Positions 19,801-27,851 of a DNA stretch of 64,000 bases are shown piece after piece. Position 1 is the stretch's first letter; each line of letters begins with the position of its first letter. The notes beneath the pieces were generated by a model. That model searched no databases, had not been told where the DNA came from, and worked only from the letters and a program-made list of their open reading frames with translations. The position numbers and the translations under genes were made by a program. The stretch is taken from NCBI GenBank assembly GCA_965223085.1, contig OZ244981.1:28397-92396 (forward strand). The letters run 5' to 3'. The DNA is from Gammaproteobacteria bacterium (GTDB taxonomy: Bacteria > Pseudomonadota > Gammaproteobacteria > Ga0077536).

Positions 19801-20534
19801 CCGATAACCGCGGTTGGATGAATTTGTTCAAACACTGGTCCTGGTCCGGCATGTTCCGCGCGACATGGGCGGTGAGCGCTGCTATGCACGGTGCACGTTT
19901 TCAGCGTTTTTGCCGCCAGCGGCTCGACTTAAGTTACCGCGATCCGCAAGTGCGAGGACCGCTCCGCGTTGCCAACAGTAGAGATCTGAAGAAGTTACTC
20001 GAAAACGTGCACGCCGAGCTGGAAGACGACGGCAGCAATCGCGTGAAGACGAACTTCGTCGAGAACGCCTGCATCGAAGCACGCATCAAGAAACTCCACG
20101 GTCGCGACGATGTCGCACCGGCTGAATTCTTGGTGGCGCAAATCGTGCTCTCGATCGATGTGCCGGAGATCCCGGGTAAATCTTTAGATTTCCCTATCGC
20201 CTGTGCGCTCGCGTTCAGGGCCGCCGACGCGGGTACCCAAATAGTCTATTTTCGAGTTCGCGATCACCTGCGTCGCATGGGCCTGGGCGCGCGCGGGCTT
20301 AAAGCGATTATCGACAAATACCCCGACTGGACCGTCGCCGACTTAGATCTTATCCGCGCCATCGAAAGCGCTAGCACCGCTGCTGAAACTCCTCCACGCG
20401 ATGGAGTCGACCCCATTTCGATGTTCCACGCCTTGTTCGATTCCTTGCACCGCCAGCGACGCCTGGGGGCCCAGCAAACCGACACCTGGCCGGATCCGAC
20501 CTTGCCGCCGGTGCGCCAGGTGTCGCGCCGCTAG
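16842..20534 (+). CDS. Patatin/cPLA2-like phospholipase with inserted TM bundle and C-terminal GNAT-like domain
   Basis: GLALSGGGIRSA oxyanion motif, STVSGG nucleophile, LSDGGHFDNLG catalytic Asp; many hydrophobic helices between the Ser and Asp; RVRDHLRRMGLG near the C-terminus. Confidence 0.8.
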   Translation: MSKDANNPVTFRTVFSAEQQSIDNNQNNGYRLGLALSGGGIRSATFNLGVLKGLARRGILRQVDYLSTVSGGGYIGSWLAAWARRAPGGIAQVQQQIQDVPEPKAIAHLRHYSNYLTPRVGFLSADFWTGLATHFRNTALNLCVLVPMLMALLCLPYIFTWIGVQTRATFWAPWTLAAGGALLIATMVYAGARARTPSADDSHKNAESEVRERISSDALGALLGVLFLFSCWLSAQALTSAWLADIRPQHPGMWALCGGIIAFATTMALAFYLLNRRRLSQKSYDGCYVWSLALASFGGGATSGCLLALIAGGLGANSAIWSLLLATPLVVIAVGSGIGIYIGIMGGLLSEAAREWWARFAAWVAIATTAWCLLHSFAYVVPQLYKSVDKNNLYLSVSSVAWTLLSVIGVGIGRSRFTGSPTSNAVLEIFARATPYIFVLGLFAVAGIANSVVLSKVTDCQFSGLLLESAAICAGGTAPALSFSLAVGGLFVLVVVFLATRIDINLFSFHSFYSNRLMRCYLGASRDPAARRPNGFSQFDLHDDLDLAPPKDDTHPLKPLHIVNAALNVSKSENLAWQERKALSFALTPLYCGYATDPTLAHGEDDGARSYCPTAAFMKEPRYRGGKLGLATAMAISGAAASPNMGHHTSPALAFLLTVFNVRLGRWMRNPRVPINTARNVSNWRRSIQASEIFRIRYLLMELFGATTESDDYVYLSDGGHFDNLGIYELVRRGCRYIIASDAGADPNYQFEDLGNAIRKCRIDFGVSIDLDPSVIRPRDETGLSTATCVIGKIDYGSYNPSGTAQRLAPGWLLYLKASVLGAEDPDVMQYRNRCPDFPHEPTSDQWFSESQFESYKTLGETIAVRAFESVDKLEVIDDSVFHQLHSIWAPASASTHKNFTRHVHSLQQLTEELKASSQLAFLDEQIIPEWPYLLSGEAAVESDPARMWLPEGDHLRRLGFYYCSRFIQLMEAVYLDLDLDSEWRHPDNRGWMNLFKHWSWSGMFRATWAVSAAMHGARFQRFCRQRLDLSYRDPQVRGPLRVANSRDLKKLLENVHAELEDDGSNRVKTNFVENACIEARIKKLHGRDDVAPAEFLVAQIVLSIDVPEIPGKSLDFPIACALAFRAADAGTQIVYFRVRDHLRRMGLGARGLKAIIDKYPDWTVADLDLIRAIESASTAAETPPRDGVDPISMFHALFDSLHRQRRLGAQQTDTWPDPTLPPVRQVSRR

Positions 20535-20570
20535 CGCGGATCGCGACGAGGAGTAGAAAGTCAGCAGACT

Positions 20571-20618
20571 TGTAAAAATCGCCGAAATCCGCGAAGCTGT
20601 TTGGCATTGTCGCGTGCA
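20571..20618 (+). promoter_or_regulatory. Possible PEP-CTERM-type enhancer (TGTAAAAATCGCCGAAA) and imperfect sigma-54 site
   Basis: Resembles the boxes at 33091 and 33319. In TTGGCA...TGCA the GG-GC spacing is 11 rather than 10, and the box lies very close to it. Confidence 0.3.
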
Positions 20619-20639
20619 TCAACGTACAGAGATCAGAAC

Positions 20640-21572
20640 ATGGCAAACCGCATCAGTTCAAGCCACGCTCGCCGTGGTCTTAGCGCCTCGGTCATCGTCT
20701 TTCTATTACTTTTGTGCGCCGGTCGCGCCAGTGCGTACACGCAACTCGTTGTCTTCGGCGACAGTCTTAGCGACAGCGGTAATGTTTTTGCGTCCTCGGG
20801 CGGTTTGATCCCGATAGCACCATATTTTGACGGCCGCTTCTCGAATGGACCGGTGTGGGTGGAAACCTTAGCAAGCCAGCTGGGCCTGAGCGCTACGCCC
20901 TCGTTGAGCGGCGGTACGAATTACGCCTACGGCGGTGCACGCACGGGGCCCGCGGGCGACACGCCACCGAGTCTCGTCGATCAGGCCGACACGTATTTGA
21001 TCGATGTCGCGAATGTCGCCGATCCGGGCGCGCTGTATGTTGTCGCCGGCGGCGGCAATGACGCCCGCGACGCGGACACGGCGGCGACGGTCGCGAATAT
21101 TAGTGACATTATCACGGACCTCGTGACCGCCGGCGCCGCGAGCTTCTTGGTGGCCAACGTACCCGATTTAGGTAAAACCCCGGAAGCCATCAATGATGGC
21201 AACGAGGCCGCAGCGTCAGCCTTGGCGGCGAGCGTCAACCTGGACCTGCAACTGGCACTCGCGGACCTGCGCGTCGACCTCGGCGTGACGGTGCTCGAAT
21301 TAGATGCTTTTGCGCTGTTAAACGACTTTGTTACGAACCCGGGCAACTACGGTTTTACGAATGTCGACGCCTCCTGCTTAGTGATCGTCTTTCCCTGCAG
21401 TGCGCCCGAGCAATACCTCTTCTGGGATACCCTTCATCCCACCGCGACGGCGCATGCCTTGATCGGCGATGCCGCGTACGCGGCCGTGGTACCGCTGCCA
21501 GCAACGGCGTGGCTGTTGGGATCCGCGCTTGGCATTGCCGCGTGGCGGCGACGGCGAGGTGAAACCGGATAA
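20640..21572 (+). CDS. SGNH/GDSL lipase with signal peptide and VPLPA-CTERM sorting signal
   Basis: FGDSLSD, GRFSNGPVW, NYAYGGA, GGND, FWDTLHPT; C-terminal VPLPATAWLLGSALGIAAWRRRR. Confidence 0.92.
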   Translation: MANRISSSHARRGLSASVIVFLLLLCAGRASAYTQLVVFGDSLSDSGNVFASSGGLIPIAPYFDGRFSNGPVWVETLASQLGLSATPSLSGGTNYAYGGARTGPAGDTPPSLVDQADTYLIDVANVADPGALYVVAGGGNDARDADTAATVANISDIITDLVTAGAASFLVANVPDLGKTPEAINDGNEAAASALAASVNLDLQLALADLRVDLGVTVLELDAFALLNDFVTNPGNYGFTNVDASCLVIVFPCSAPEQYLFWDTLHPTATAHALIGDAAYAAVVPLPATAWLLGSALGIAAWRRRRGETG

Positions 21573-21598
21573 GACCTCAGTCTCCCGCGCGCGGCGCC

Positions 21599-22351
21599 TT
21601 ATTTTAATTTCTGCAAATACTGTTTCGTGAAGACCTTGGCCGGTAGCTTGCGGTTTTTCATATTACTGTAATCCATGATCGAAACTTCACCGCCGCGCGC
21701 GGCGTCGGTGAGCGTCAAGCGTGTCGGGCGCACTTTGCCGCCGAGGGATTTGAATTCCCCATAGTGTGCCGTCTTCAGTAAGCGCCCCGACACGGTATAG
21801 AACTCAGCCCTGTGGGGCCAATGATTATCCGTGCGCACCCAATACATCACTTTGTGGTAGGTGACCCCGCGGCGCGCGGCGGTAAGTTCTAACACGTAGC
21901 AGCTATGTTCACCACAGGCTTCCTCACGCACGTGTTTCGGGGTGTAGTCACCGGTAAAGTTTGCGCGCGCCAGATCGCCGTTCGCCACTTGCCCGGTGAG
22001 CTTTTGCGACAAGGGCAAGCGTACCGGTTGGGATACCGCCGGCATGAACACCCACAGATCCTTGTCCCGCATCAATAACATCTGGCCACGTTCGTCCGCC
22101 GGTTCGCGCGTCAGCACCAGGGTGCGCGCGTTGCCCTTCGACAAAACCTGATAAACGCGTGCGACCTCGCGCCGTCCACGCCGCTCGCTGGTGACCCGGA
22201 TCTTGACTTGAAAGCCCGCTGTGGGAAAACGGATCTCGTCGGCTTGGGCAACGATCTGTTGTGCCAGCGGCTCCGCACCGTAAGCGTAGCTCGTGAGCAC
22301 GAGCGGGGCAAGCAAGAGGCCGATTATGACCGCAAGTTTAGATGCGTTCAT
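21599..22351 (-). CDS. Outer membrane lipoprotein-sorting protein (LolA-like fold)
   Basis: Signal peptide; EPADERGQMLLM, LWVFMP, QKLTGQVANGDL, RAEFYTVSGRLLK, VFTKQYL are typical of the family. Confidence 0.85.
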   Translation of the reverse strand: MNASKLAVIIGLLLAPLVLTSYAYGAEPLAQQIVAQADEIRFPTAGFQVKIRVTSERRGRREVARVYQVLSKGNARTLVLTREPADERGQMLLMRDKDLWVFMPAVSQPVRLPLSQKLTGQVANGDLARANFTGDYTPKHVREEACGEHSCYVLELTAARRGVTYHKVMYWVRTDNHWPHRAEFYTVSGRLLKTAHYGEFKSLGGKVRPTRLTLTDAARGGEVSIMDYSNMKNRKLPAKVFTKQYLQKLK

Positions 22352-22410
22352 GCAGATTTTCTCGTATATTTAAGTCTTTTAGAGTCAGTTTCTCGAAATT
22401 TCGTCAGATA

Positions 22411-23121
22411 ATGACCGCACACGTCGTCAAGGTGGACCAAGTCTACAAAGAATATTTTCTCGGCAACCAAAAAGTTGTCGCCTTGACGGATATTTCCCTC
22501 ATGGTGCGTGAAGGTGAGTTCTTGGCCATCTCTGGGCCTTCGGGGAGCGGCAAATCAACCTTACTCAATCTCATTGGTTGCATCGACAAACCCAGCGAAG
22601 GCCGCATCTACATCGATGCGACAGATGTTACCGAGCTACCCCCGGATGCGCTTGCCGATCTTCGTTCACGAGACATCGGTTTCATTTTTCAAACCTTTAA
22701 CTTATTGCCGGTGCTCTCGGCGGCCGAGAACGTCGAATACCCCTTGCTCAATCGACGCCTCAAACGCAGCCTACGCAAGGAGTTGGTCGACTATTATTTG
22801 AACCTCGTTGGCCTAGAGAAGTTCAAGACCCATCGCCCCAATGAGATGAGCGGCGGCCAACGCCAACGCGTCGCGATCGCACGTGCTCTGGCGATAGGGC
22901 CCCGGATCGTGCTCGCCGACGAGCCGACCGCCAACCTCGACCACAAAACCGGTCTCAGCATTTTGCAATTAATGTCACAAATAAACCACAATGAAAACAC
23001 GACATTCGTCTTCTCGACCCACGATCCGCAAGTAATGGCGATGGCTAATCGGATCGTACGTTTGACGGACGGGGTGCTCACCGATCCCGGCTATAACTTT
23101 GAAGGGGCTAAACGTGCATAG
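22411..23121 (+). CDS. LolD/MacB-type ABC transporter ATP-binding protein
   Basis: GPSGSGKS, MSGGQRQRVAIARAL, LADEPTANLD, FSTHD; start at MTAHVV. Confidence 0.92.
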   Translation: MTAHVVKVDQVYKEYFLGNQKVVALTDISLMVREGEFLAISGPSGSGKSTLLNLIGCIDKPSEGRIYIDATDVTELPPDALADLRSRDIGFIFQTFNLLPVLSAAENVEYPLLNRRLKRSLRKELVDYYLNLVGLEKFKTHRPNEMSGGQRQRVAIARALAIGPRIVLADEPTANLDHKTGLSILQLMSQINHNENTTFVFSTHDPQVMAMANRIVRLTDGVLTDPGYNFEGAKRA

Positions 23122-24736
23122 ACAGGGATCTAAACCAACATCGCACCACGCCTTACTCGGCGCGGCGTTGCTCGTCTTCATGCTACCCGGGGGACTCCGC
23201 GCCCAGTCGATGGAGGACCTTTTCGATCTCGAAGACGAAGTCCTGAGCGAAGAGACGCCAGCGGCGGCGACCGAAGCGTCTGTACCTGACACCGTCGATG
23301 CGGTCGAAGAGCACTTTGGTGTCGAGGAAGAAACGGTGCCGGCAACCCCGGAATCCGCCGAAGAGTTGTTCGGCGTCGACGAAGCGCCGGGGTCCCCCGA
23401 TGCGCGCACGGTCGAAGAAACCACGCCCGCGACACCCGCCAGCGAGCCCGATGTCGATACCGGCGTAGAGGATTTGTTCGAGCCCGAAGCGCGCACCGCG
23501 GAGGCGCCGCCGCCCACGCGCGGTTTCGAATGGCTATCGGGTTTTTGGCAAAACGAGCTGGCCTATACGGTGCCGCAAAAAGATCACTTTTCAAAGTGGA
23601 AAAACCACCTGCGTCTCGTTGCCAAAGGCGCATTGAGCGCGAACGTGAAGTGGCAGGTGAGCGGCCATCTGATCTATGACCCGATCTACGAAATCGATAA
23701 TTTCTACGGCGACGCGGTCGAAGATGAACAAAAATTCGACGGTTGGTTTCACGAAACGTTTTTGGATATTTCGCTGGGCGACTGGGAAATCCGCCTCGGT
23801 CGACAAAACATCGTGTGGGGCGAAGCCGTCGGTTTATTTTTCGCCGATGTCGTCTCCGCGCTCGATCTGCGTGAGTTCGTGCTGCCTGATTTTGATTTGA
23901 TCCGGATCCCGCAATGGGCGTTGCGCGCAGAATACTATCGCGGCGACTTTCATGGCGAAATCGTTTTCATCCCCCAGATGACGACCGATGAGATCGGCGT
24001 GCCCGGTGCAGAGTTCTATCCGTTTCAAGTCGACGCGCCAGCAGGATTCGGCGTGCGCTTCGTGGATGCGAACGAACCCGGTGATCCCGGTGAGGACTTC
24101 GGTTTCGGTACGCGCCTATCATATCTCGTCGATGGCTGGGACCTCGCGGCGTTCTACTACACCAGCCCAGACAAATCGCCGGCCTTTCAGCGCACCCTGT
24201 CAGGCGGCGCCACACCGACGATCACCTACCGCCCGCTGCACGAACGCATTCATCAACTCGGCGGCACCTTGGCAAAAGGTTTTGGTTCAACAGTGTTAAA
24301 AAGCGAGATTGTCTTCACCGCTGATCGCCTCGTCTCGGTAGCGCGGTTCGACGAACTTGATGGACTCGAGGAGACCGACGAAGTACGTTTTCTAGTCGGC
24401 CTCGACTATGTTTGGGAGCGGCATAATTTTAATGCCCAGTTTTTTCAAACGCGGTTCCTACAGCACGAGCGTTCGATGTTCTCCGATGATGTCGAGAACG
24501 GTTTTAGTTTGTTGTGGCGCAGTGAGGCGTGGCATCCCGATCTCGAGTCCGAGTTGCTGTGGATCCGCAGCCTCAATCGGGACGAATGGTTGCTCGAAGC
24601 CAAACTTACTTGGCATATTAGTGGCAACTGGCGCGGCGTGATCGGCGCGGATATTTTTGACGGTTCGCGACGCTCATTCTTGGGCCGTTTCAAAGATACC
24701 GATCGAATTTACTACGAGCTACGCTACAGCTTCTAG
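23099..24736 (+). CDS. Outer-membrane beta-barrel protein (DUF1302-like) with acidic N-terminal repeats
   Basis: Signal peptide, IRLGRQNIVWG, DVVSALDLREF, C-terminal YYELRYSF barrel signal. Confidence 0.7.
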   Translation: MKGLNVHRQGSKPTSHHALLGAALLVFMLPGGLRAQSMEDLFDLEDEVLSEETPAAATEASVPDTVDAVEEHFGVEEETVPATPESAEELFGVDEAPGSPDARTVEETTPATPASEPDVDTGVEDLFEPEARTAEAPPPTRGFEWLSGFWQNELAYTVPQKDHFSKWKNHLRLVAKGALSANVKWQVSGHLIYDPIYEIDNFYGDAVEDEQKFDGWFHETFLDISLGDWEIRLGRQNIVWGEAVGLFFADVVSALDLREFVLPDFDLIRIPQWALRAEYYRGDFHGEIVFIPQMTTDEIGVPGAEFYPFQVDAPAGFGVRFVDANEPGDPGEDFGFGTRLSYLVDGWDLAAFYYTSPDKSPAFQRTLSGGATPTITYRPLHERIHQLGGTLAKGFGSTVLKSEIVFTADRLVSVARFDELDGLEETDEVRFLVGLDYVWERHNFNAQFFQTRFLQHERSMFSDDVENGFSLLWRSEAWHPDLESELLWIRSLNRDEWLLEAKLTWHISGNWRGVIGADIFDGSRRSFLGRFKDTDRIYYELRYSF

Positions 24737-24744
24737 GCGGCCTA

Positions 24745-25725
24745 CTACACAGTAGGCTCGGGTGAGTCCCGCGATGACATTGCTTGAACGCAATTGTGAG
24801 TTCGCTTGGTCCCGCCGAGCAGTATCAAGGTGAGCTCCGCGGCGAGCAAGCGGGTGCCCGCAGCGCTTAGCGCGGCGCACGGGAAAACCCAGCTGCGAAC
24901 GTCCCGCGTGATGCTCTCGCGGGGGTTGCTAATCAGGAAACAGACGCGCGCATCGCTGCGCACGCACGCTAACGCGTCGAGATCGATTTCGATCGCGTGT
25001 TTGCTATAGACCATCGGCTCGGCGAGAAAATCGTGTCCGCGTTGGCGCGCGCGTTCGAGCAAGGCAGCGGACAGCATCGCGGCGGGAAATAAGGGCGGAA
25101 ACATGGCCCGGGACGCGATTTCGTCGATATGCCGGTTCGGATCGATGTTCGCGCCGAGGAGAAAGTTCTTGGCGTTTGCGGTCGTCAAATAACGCCGTTT
25201 CAGGAAAAACCGCCCCGCATCGAGAAACGAACAATCGGGTAGCGCTTGCACAGCTGCCAACGATGGCGATGCAATCTCGTTCAGTAAGGTCGGCCGCAGT
25301 GCCGAAGTATAAACGCCTTTAGCCGCGAGCCCGCGTGTTGTGCGGGCAACAACGCGATTGCTATAGGTTTGCCGCTGGGTGGCGAGAACAGTCGATTTAA
25401 CCTCGACAGTAGCGGTATCGTCGGTCCGTAGTGCGTCGACGAACGTCATTTTAACGCGGGAGAAGCGCGCGCGTTCGGCAGCCAAACCTTCCTCGGCACG
25501 TACGCGTTGCACGCACTCGTCGACGAACGTGCTCAGTTGAAAACCTAATGCGATGACACCGCCAAAAGGATTGCCAGACACCGTTTGCCAACGATGGCGG
25601 TCGTGAAAGGGATTGAAATCATCACTGGCGAAACGCGCAACATCGACATGCATCGGTGTAAAGCAGACCTCGAAGCACGCCGCGTCGGAGACGAGCGCCT
25701 TCTTCGCTCGGTTTCGCAGCGCCAC
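24745..25725 (-). CDS. Hotdog-fold (MaoC-like) protein
   Basis: ARFASDDFNPFHD...PFGGVIALG resembles the MaoC hydratase motif; length suggests a double hotdog. Confidence 0.55.
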   Translation of the reverse strand: MALRNRAKKALVSDAACFEVCFTPMHVDVARFASDDFNPFHDRHRWQTVSGNPFGGVIALGFQLSTFVDECVQRVRAEEGLAAERARFSRVKMTFVDALRTDDTATVEVKSTVLATQRQTYSNRVVARTTRGLAAKGVYTSALRPTLLNEIASPSLAAVQALPDCSFLDAGRFFLKRRYLTTANAKNFLLGANIDPNRHIDEIASRAMFPPLFPAAMLSAALLERARQRGHDFLAEPMVYSKHAIEIDLDALACVRSDARVCFLISNPRESITRDVRSWVFPCAALSAAGTRLLAAELTLILLGGTKRTHNCVQAMSSRDSPEPTV

Positions 25726-25734
25726 TCGGCGGCC

Positions 25735-26538
25735 TTAGGGATCCCGAACGTGATCTGCCAAGGTTGGCGTTTGGCTGCGTAATTCCTCGCGTATGTGTTC
25801 GAGCAAGGCACGCACGGAAGGCCGCAAGCTAGGGACGAAACCCTCACGTTCGAGTTGAAACGGAATGCGTTCGCCGTGGTGTTCAAATGCTGGACCAATT
25901 TGTTCGAACTGCATACCATAGGATCGCAGGCGCCGCACGAGTTTTGGTTCCATGATCGCGTAGACGCGGTCCATACCGCGAATCAGTCCCAATGCTGCAG
26001 CGGCCAAATACAAACCCATGCCGATATTGGGAAAACCGCGGCGTTCGAGCCGATCGGGTACCGGTGACCAGCCGATTTCGGTGTGGGGCTGGGTCTTTTC
26101 CCCGCGACGGTGGCGATATTGGGAGACCACGGCGATGCGCGAAATCTCACCGCAGACCTTGCGCATGTCGGCGTCGCCAAATAAATCGACCTCGGCGCCG
26201 GCGGCCTGTAAGGCGAGCTCAAACGGGAACGGGGAGCTCGGATCGTGGCGATCACTAGTCACTAAACGCACGCAGCCAATGTATTTCTTCGTCGGTCGAT
26301 GCTCCAGCAAACAATGGGCCGCGCGGCCATCAAAGGCATCCGACTCGCGACAATTTTGGAACTCGGCGCGGCTCTCCCAGGCGAGTTCCTCGGCATAGAC
26401 GCTGTAACGGATGCGGTAAGCTTCGTCGATAAGCTCCGGCGTCGCAGCCCAAACGACGCGAAAATATTTTGCGAATGACTCGACAACGCGGTCGGTTTTC
26501 GCTTCTCGAAGACTGTGCATGGCTACCGCGGATCTCAT
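25735..26538 (-). CDS. PEP-CTERM/exosortase system-associated acyltransferase (FeeM-like N-acyl amino acid synthase)
   Basis: EAYRIRYSVYAEEL, ESDAFD, GCVRLV, EISRIAV..YRHRRGE, AIMEPKLVRRL, IGPAFEHHGERIPF (TIGR03694-like). Confidence 0.88.
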   Translation of the reverse strand: MRSAVAMHSLREAKTDRVVESFAKYFRVVWAATPELIDEAYRIRYSVYAEELAWESRAEFQNCRESDAFDGRAAHCLLEHRPTKKYIGCVRLVTSDRHDPSSPFPFELALQAAGAEVDLFGDADMRKVCGEISRIAVVSQYRHRRGEKTQPHTEIGWSPVPDRLERRGFPNIGMGLYLAAAALGLIRGMDRVYAIMEPKLVRRLRSYGMQFEQIGPAFEHHGERIPFQLEREGFVPSLRPSVRALLEHIREELRSQTPTLADHVRDP

Positions 26539-26762
26539 TCTAATGAACTTAGTGCTCCGCTTACGATGTTAAAAAACTCCATTGAACAATCGCTTGCGTA
26601 CTGTCCTGGCTCGCCGCGCTATACCAGGCAAACGAGCAGATCGTCATATAGGTAAGCGGCGTCGAGGCAGAATTGTTTATGCTTTTGGTAAAAAATTGTG
26701 AACAGGTTAGTTTCAAATCAAGGTACCGCCCCGCCTGATCGGCGACAATTTCCACATGAAAA

Positions 26763-27851
26763 TTGACTATTTATTCCCAACGGCTAGCTGCCGATAGCAT
26801 AACAGCGTGTAATAAGATCCTTGACGCCATGAACGTCCCGCCCAAGCCCCTCGTTTCCTTGATCGTTCCGACCCGGGATCGGCACATGCTCTTAGAGGAA
26901 GCGCTCGCGAGCGTCGCCGCGCAAGAATTTGATGACTTGGAAGTCATCGTCATCGACGACGGCTCGACGAAACCTGTTTCACAGGCAGACCTAACGGCCT
27001 TGTCAGGACACGATGTCATCCTGCACCGCAACCCGGTTAGCTGTGGGATCGCGGCCGTTCGCGACCAAGGGGTTAAGCACGCGCGCGGCGAGTATATCGT
27101 GCAACTGGATGATGACGATCAACTAGCGCCCGGGACTCTGGTCACGTTAATCGCGGAATTGCGCAAGAATACTCAGGTTGACGTGCTTCACTTTGGCGTC
27201 GCAGCGCTTGACGATCACAGTGGCGCGTTTGCACATAAACAGCACGTCGGCGTGCAGCGAATTCTAAATTCTGCCGCAGTCAGCGCCCTCGAAGGTTCGG
27301 TTTATTATTTCGACAGCTCGATTTTTGCTGTGCTGCTCGACGGTGTACCACTGGCGTTCCAACGTCTCATGACCCGACGGAGCACTTGGCTCGACGTGCG
27401 GGAGATGATCAGCGCCGTCTACGCCGCCCCTGCGCAACGTCGCAACCACTTCAGGCCCAGTGCTCGTCGCGATTTGCTCAATGAAGCCGAATGGACGATC
27501 TACGCTGCAACTAAATATCGTCTTGCTTATCTCGATATGCCACTGTACATGCAGCGCTGCACGGGACAACGCTATTTTTCCCGCGACGACCTCCAAGGCG
27601 AAATGCTGACATCATCGATCGCGATGAAATCGACCCTGCATCACGGCGCCCAAGCAAACATTTTGCATTTCGGTAACTTAAAGGATAGCGCACGCCGTGC
27701 CTATGCCAATAGTTGCGCGCAATTTGCCTACTGGCATATGCGAGAATCACGACCCAAGTTATCCCTGGCCTATGCGAAACATTCGCTGCTGCTGCGCCCG
27801 AGCTGGTCGGCGTTTAAGACCTTTCTCAAAGCGCTACTGCGTTCGCGTTAA
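26763..27851 (+). CDS. Glycosyltransferase family 2
   Basis: VSLIVPTRDR, IVIDDGS, QLDDDD (DxD). Confidence 0.85.
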   Translation: MTIYSQRLAADSITACNKILDAMNVPPKPLVSLIVPTRDRHMLLEEALASVAAQEFDDLEVIVIDDGSTKPVSQADLTALSGHDVILHRNPVSCGIAAVRDQGVKHARGEYIVQLDDDDQLAPGTLVTLIAELRKNTQVDVLHFGVAALDDHSGAFAHKQHVGVQRILNSAAVSALEGSVYYFDSSIFAVLLDGVPLAFQRLMTRRSTWLDVREMISAVYAAPAQRRNHFRPSARRDLLNEAEWTIYAATKYRLAYLDMPLYMQRCTGQRYFSRDDLQGEMLTSSIAMKSTLHHGAQANILHFGNLKDSARRAYANSCAQFAYWHMRESRPKLSLAYAKHSLLLRPSWSAFKTFLKALLRSR

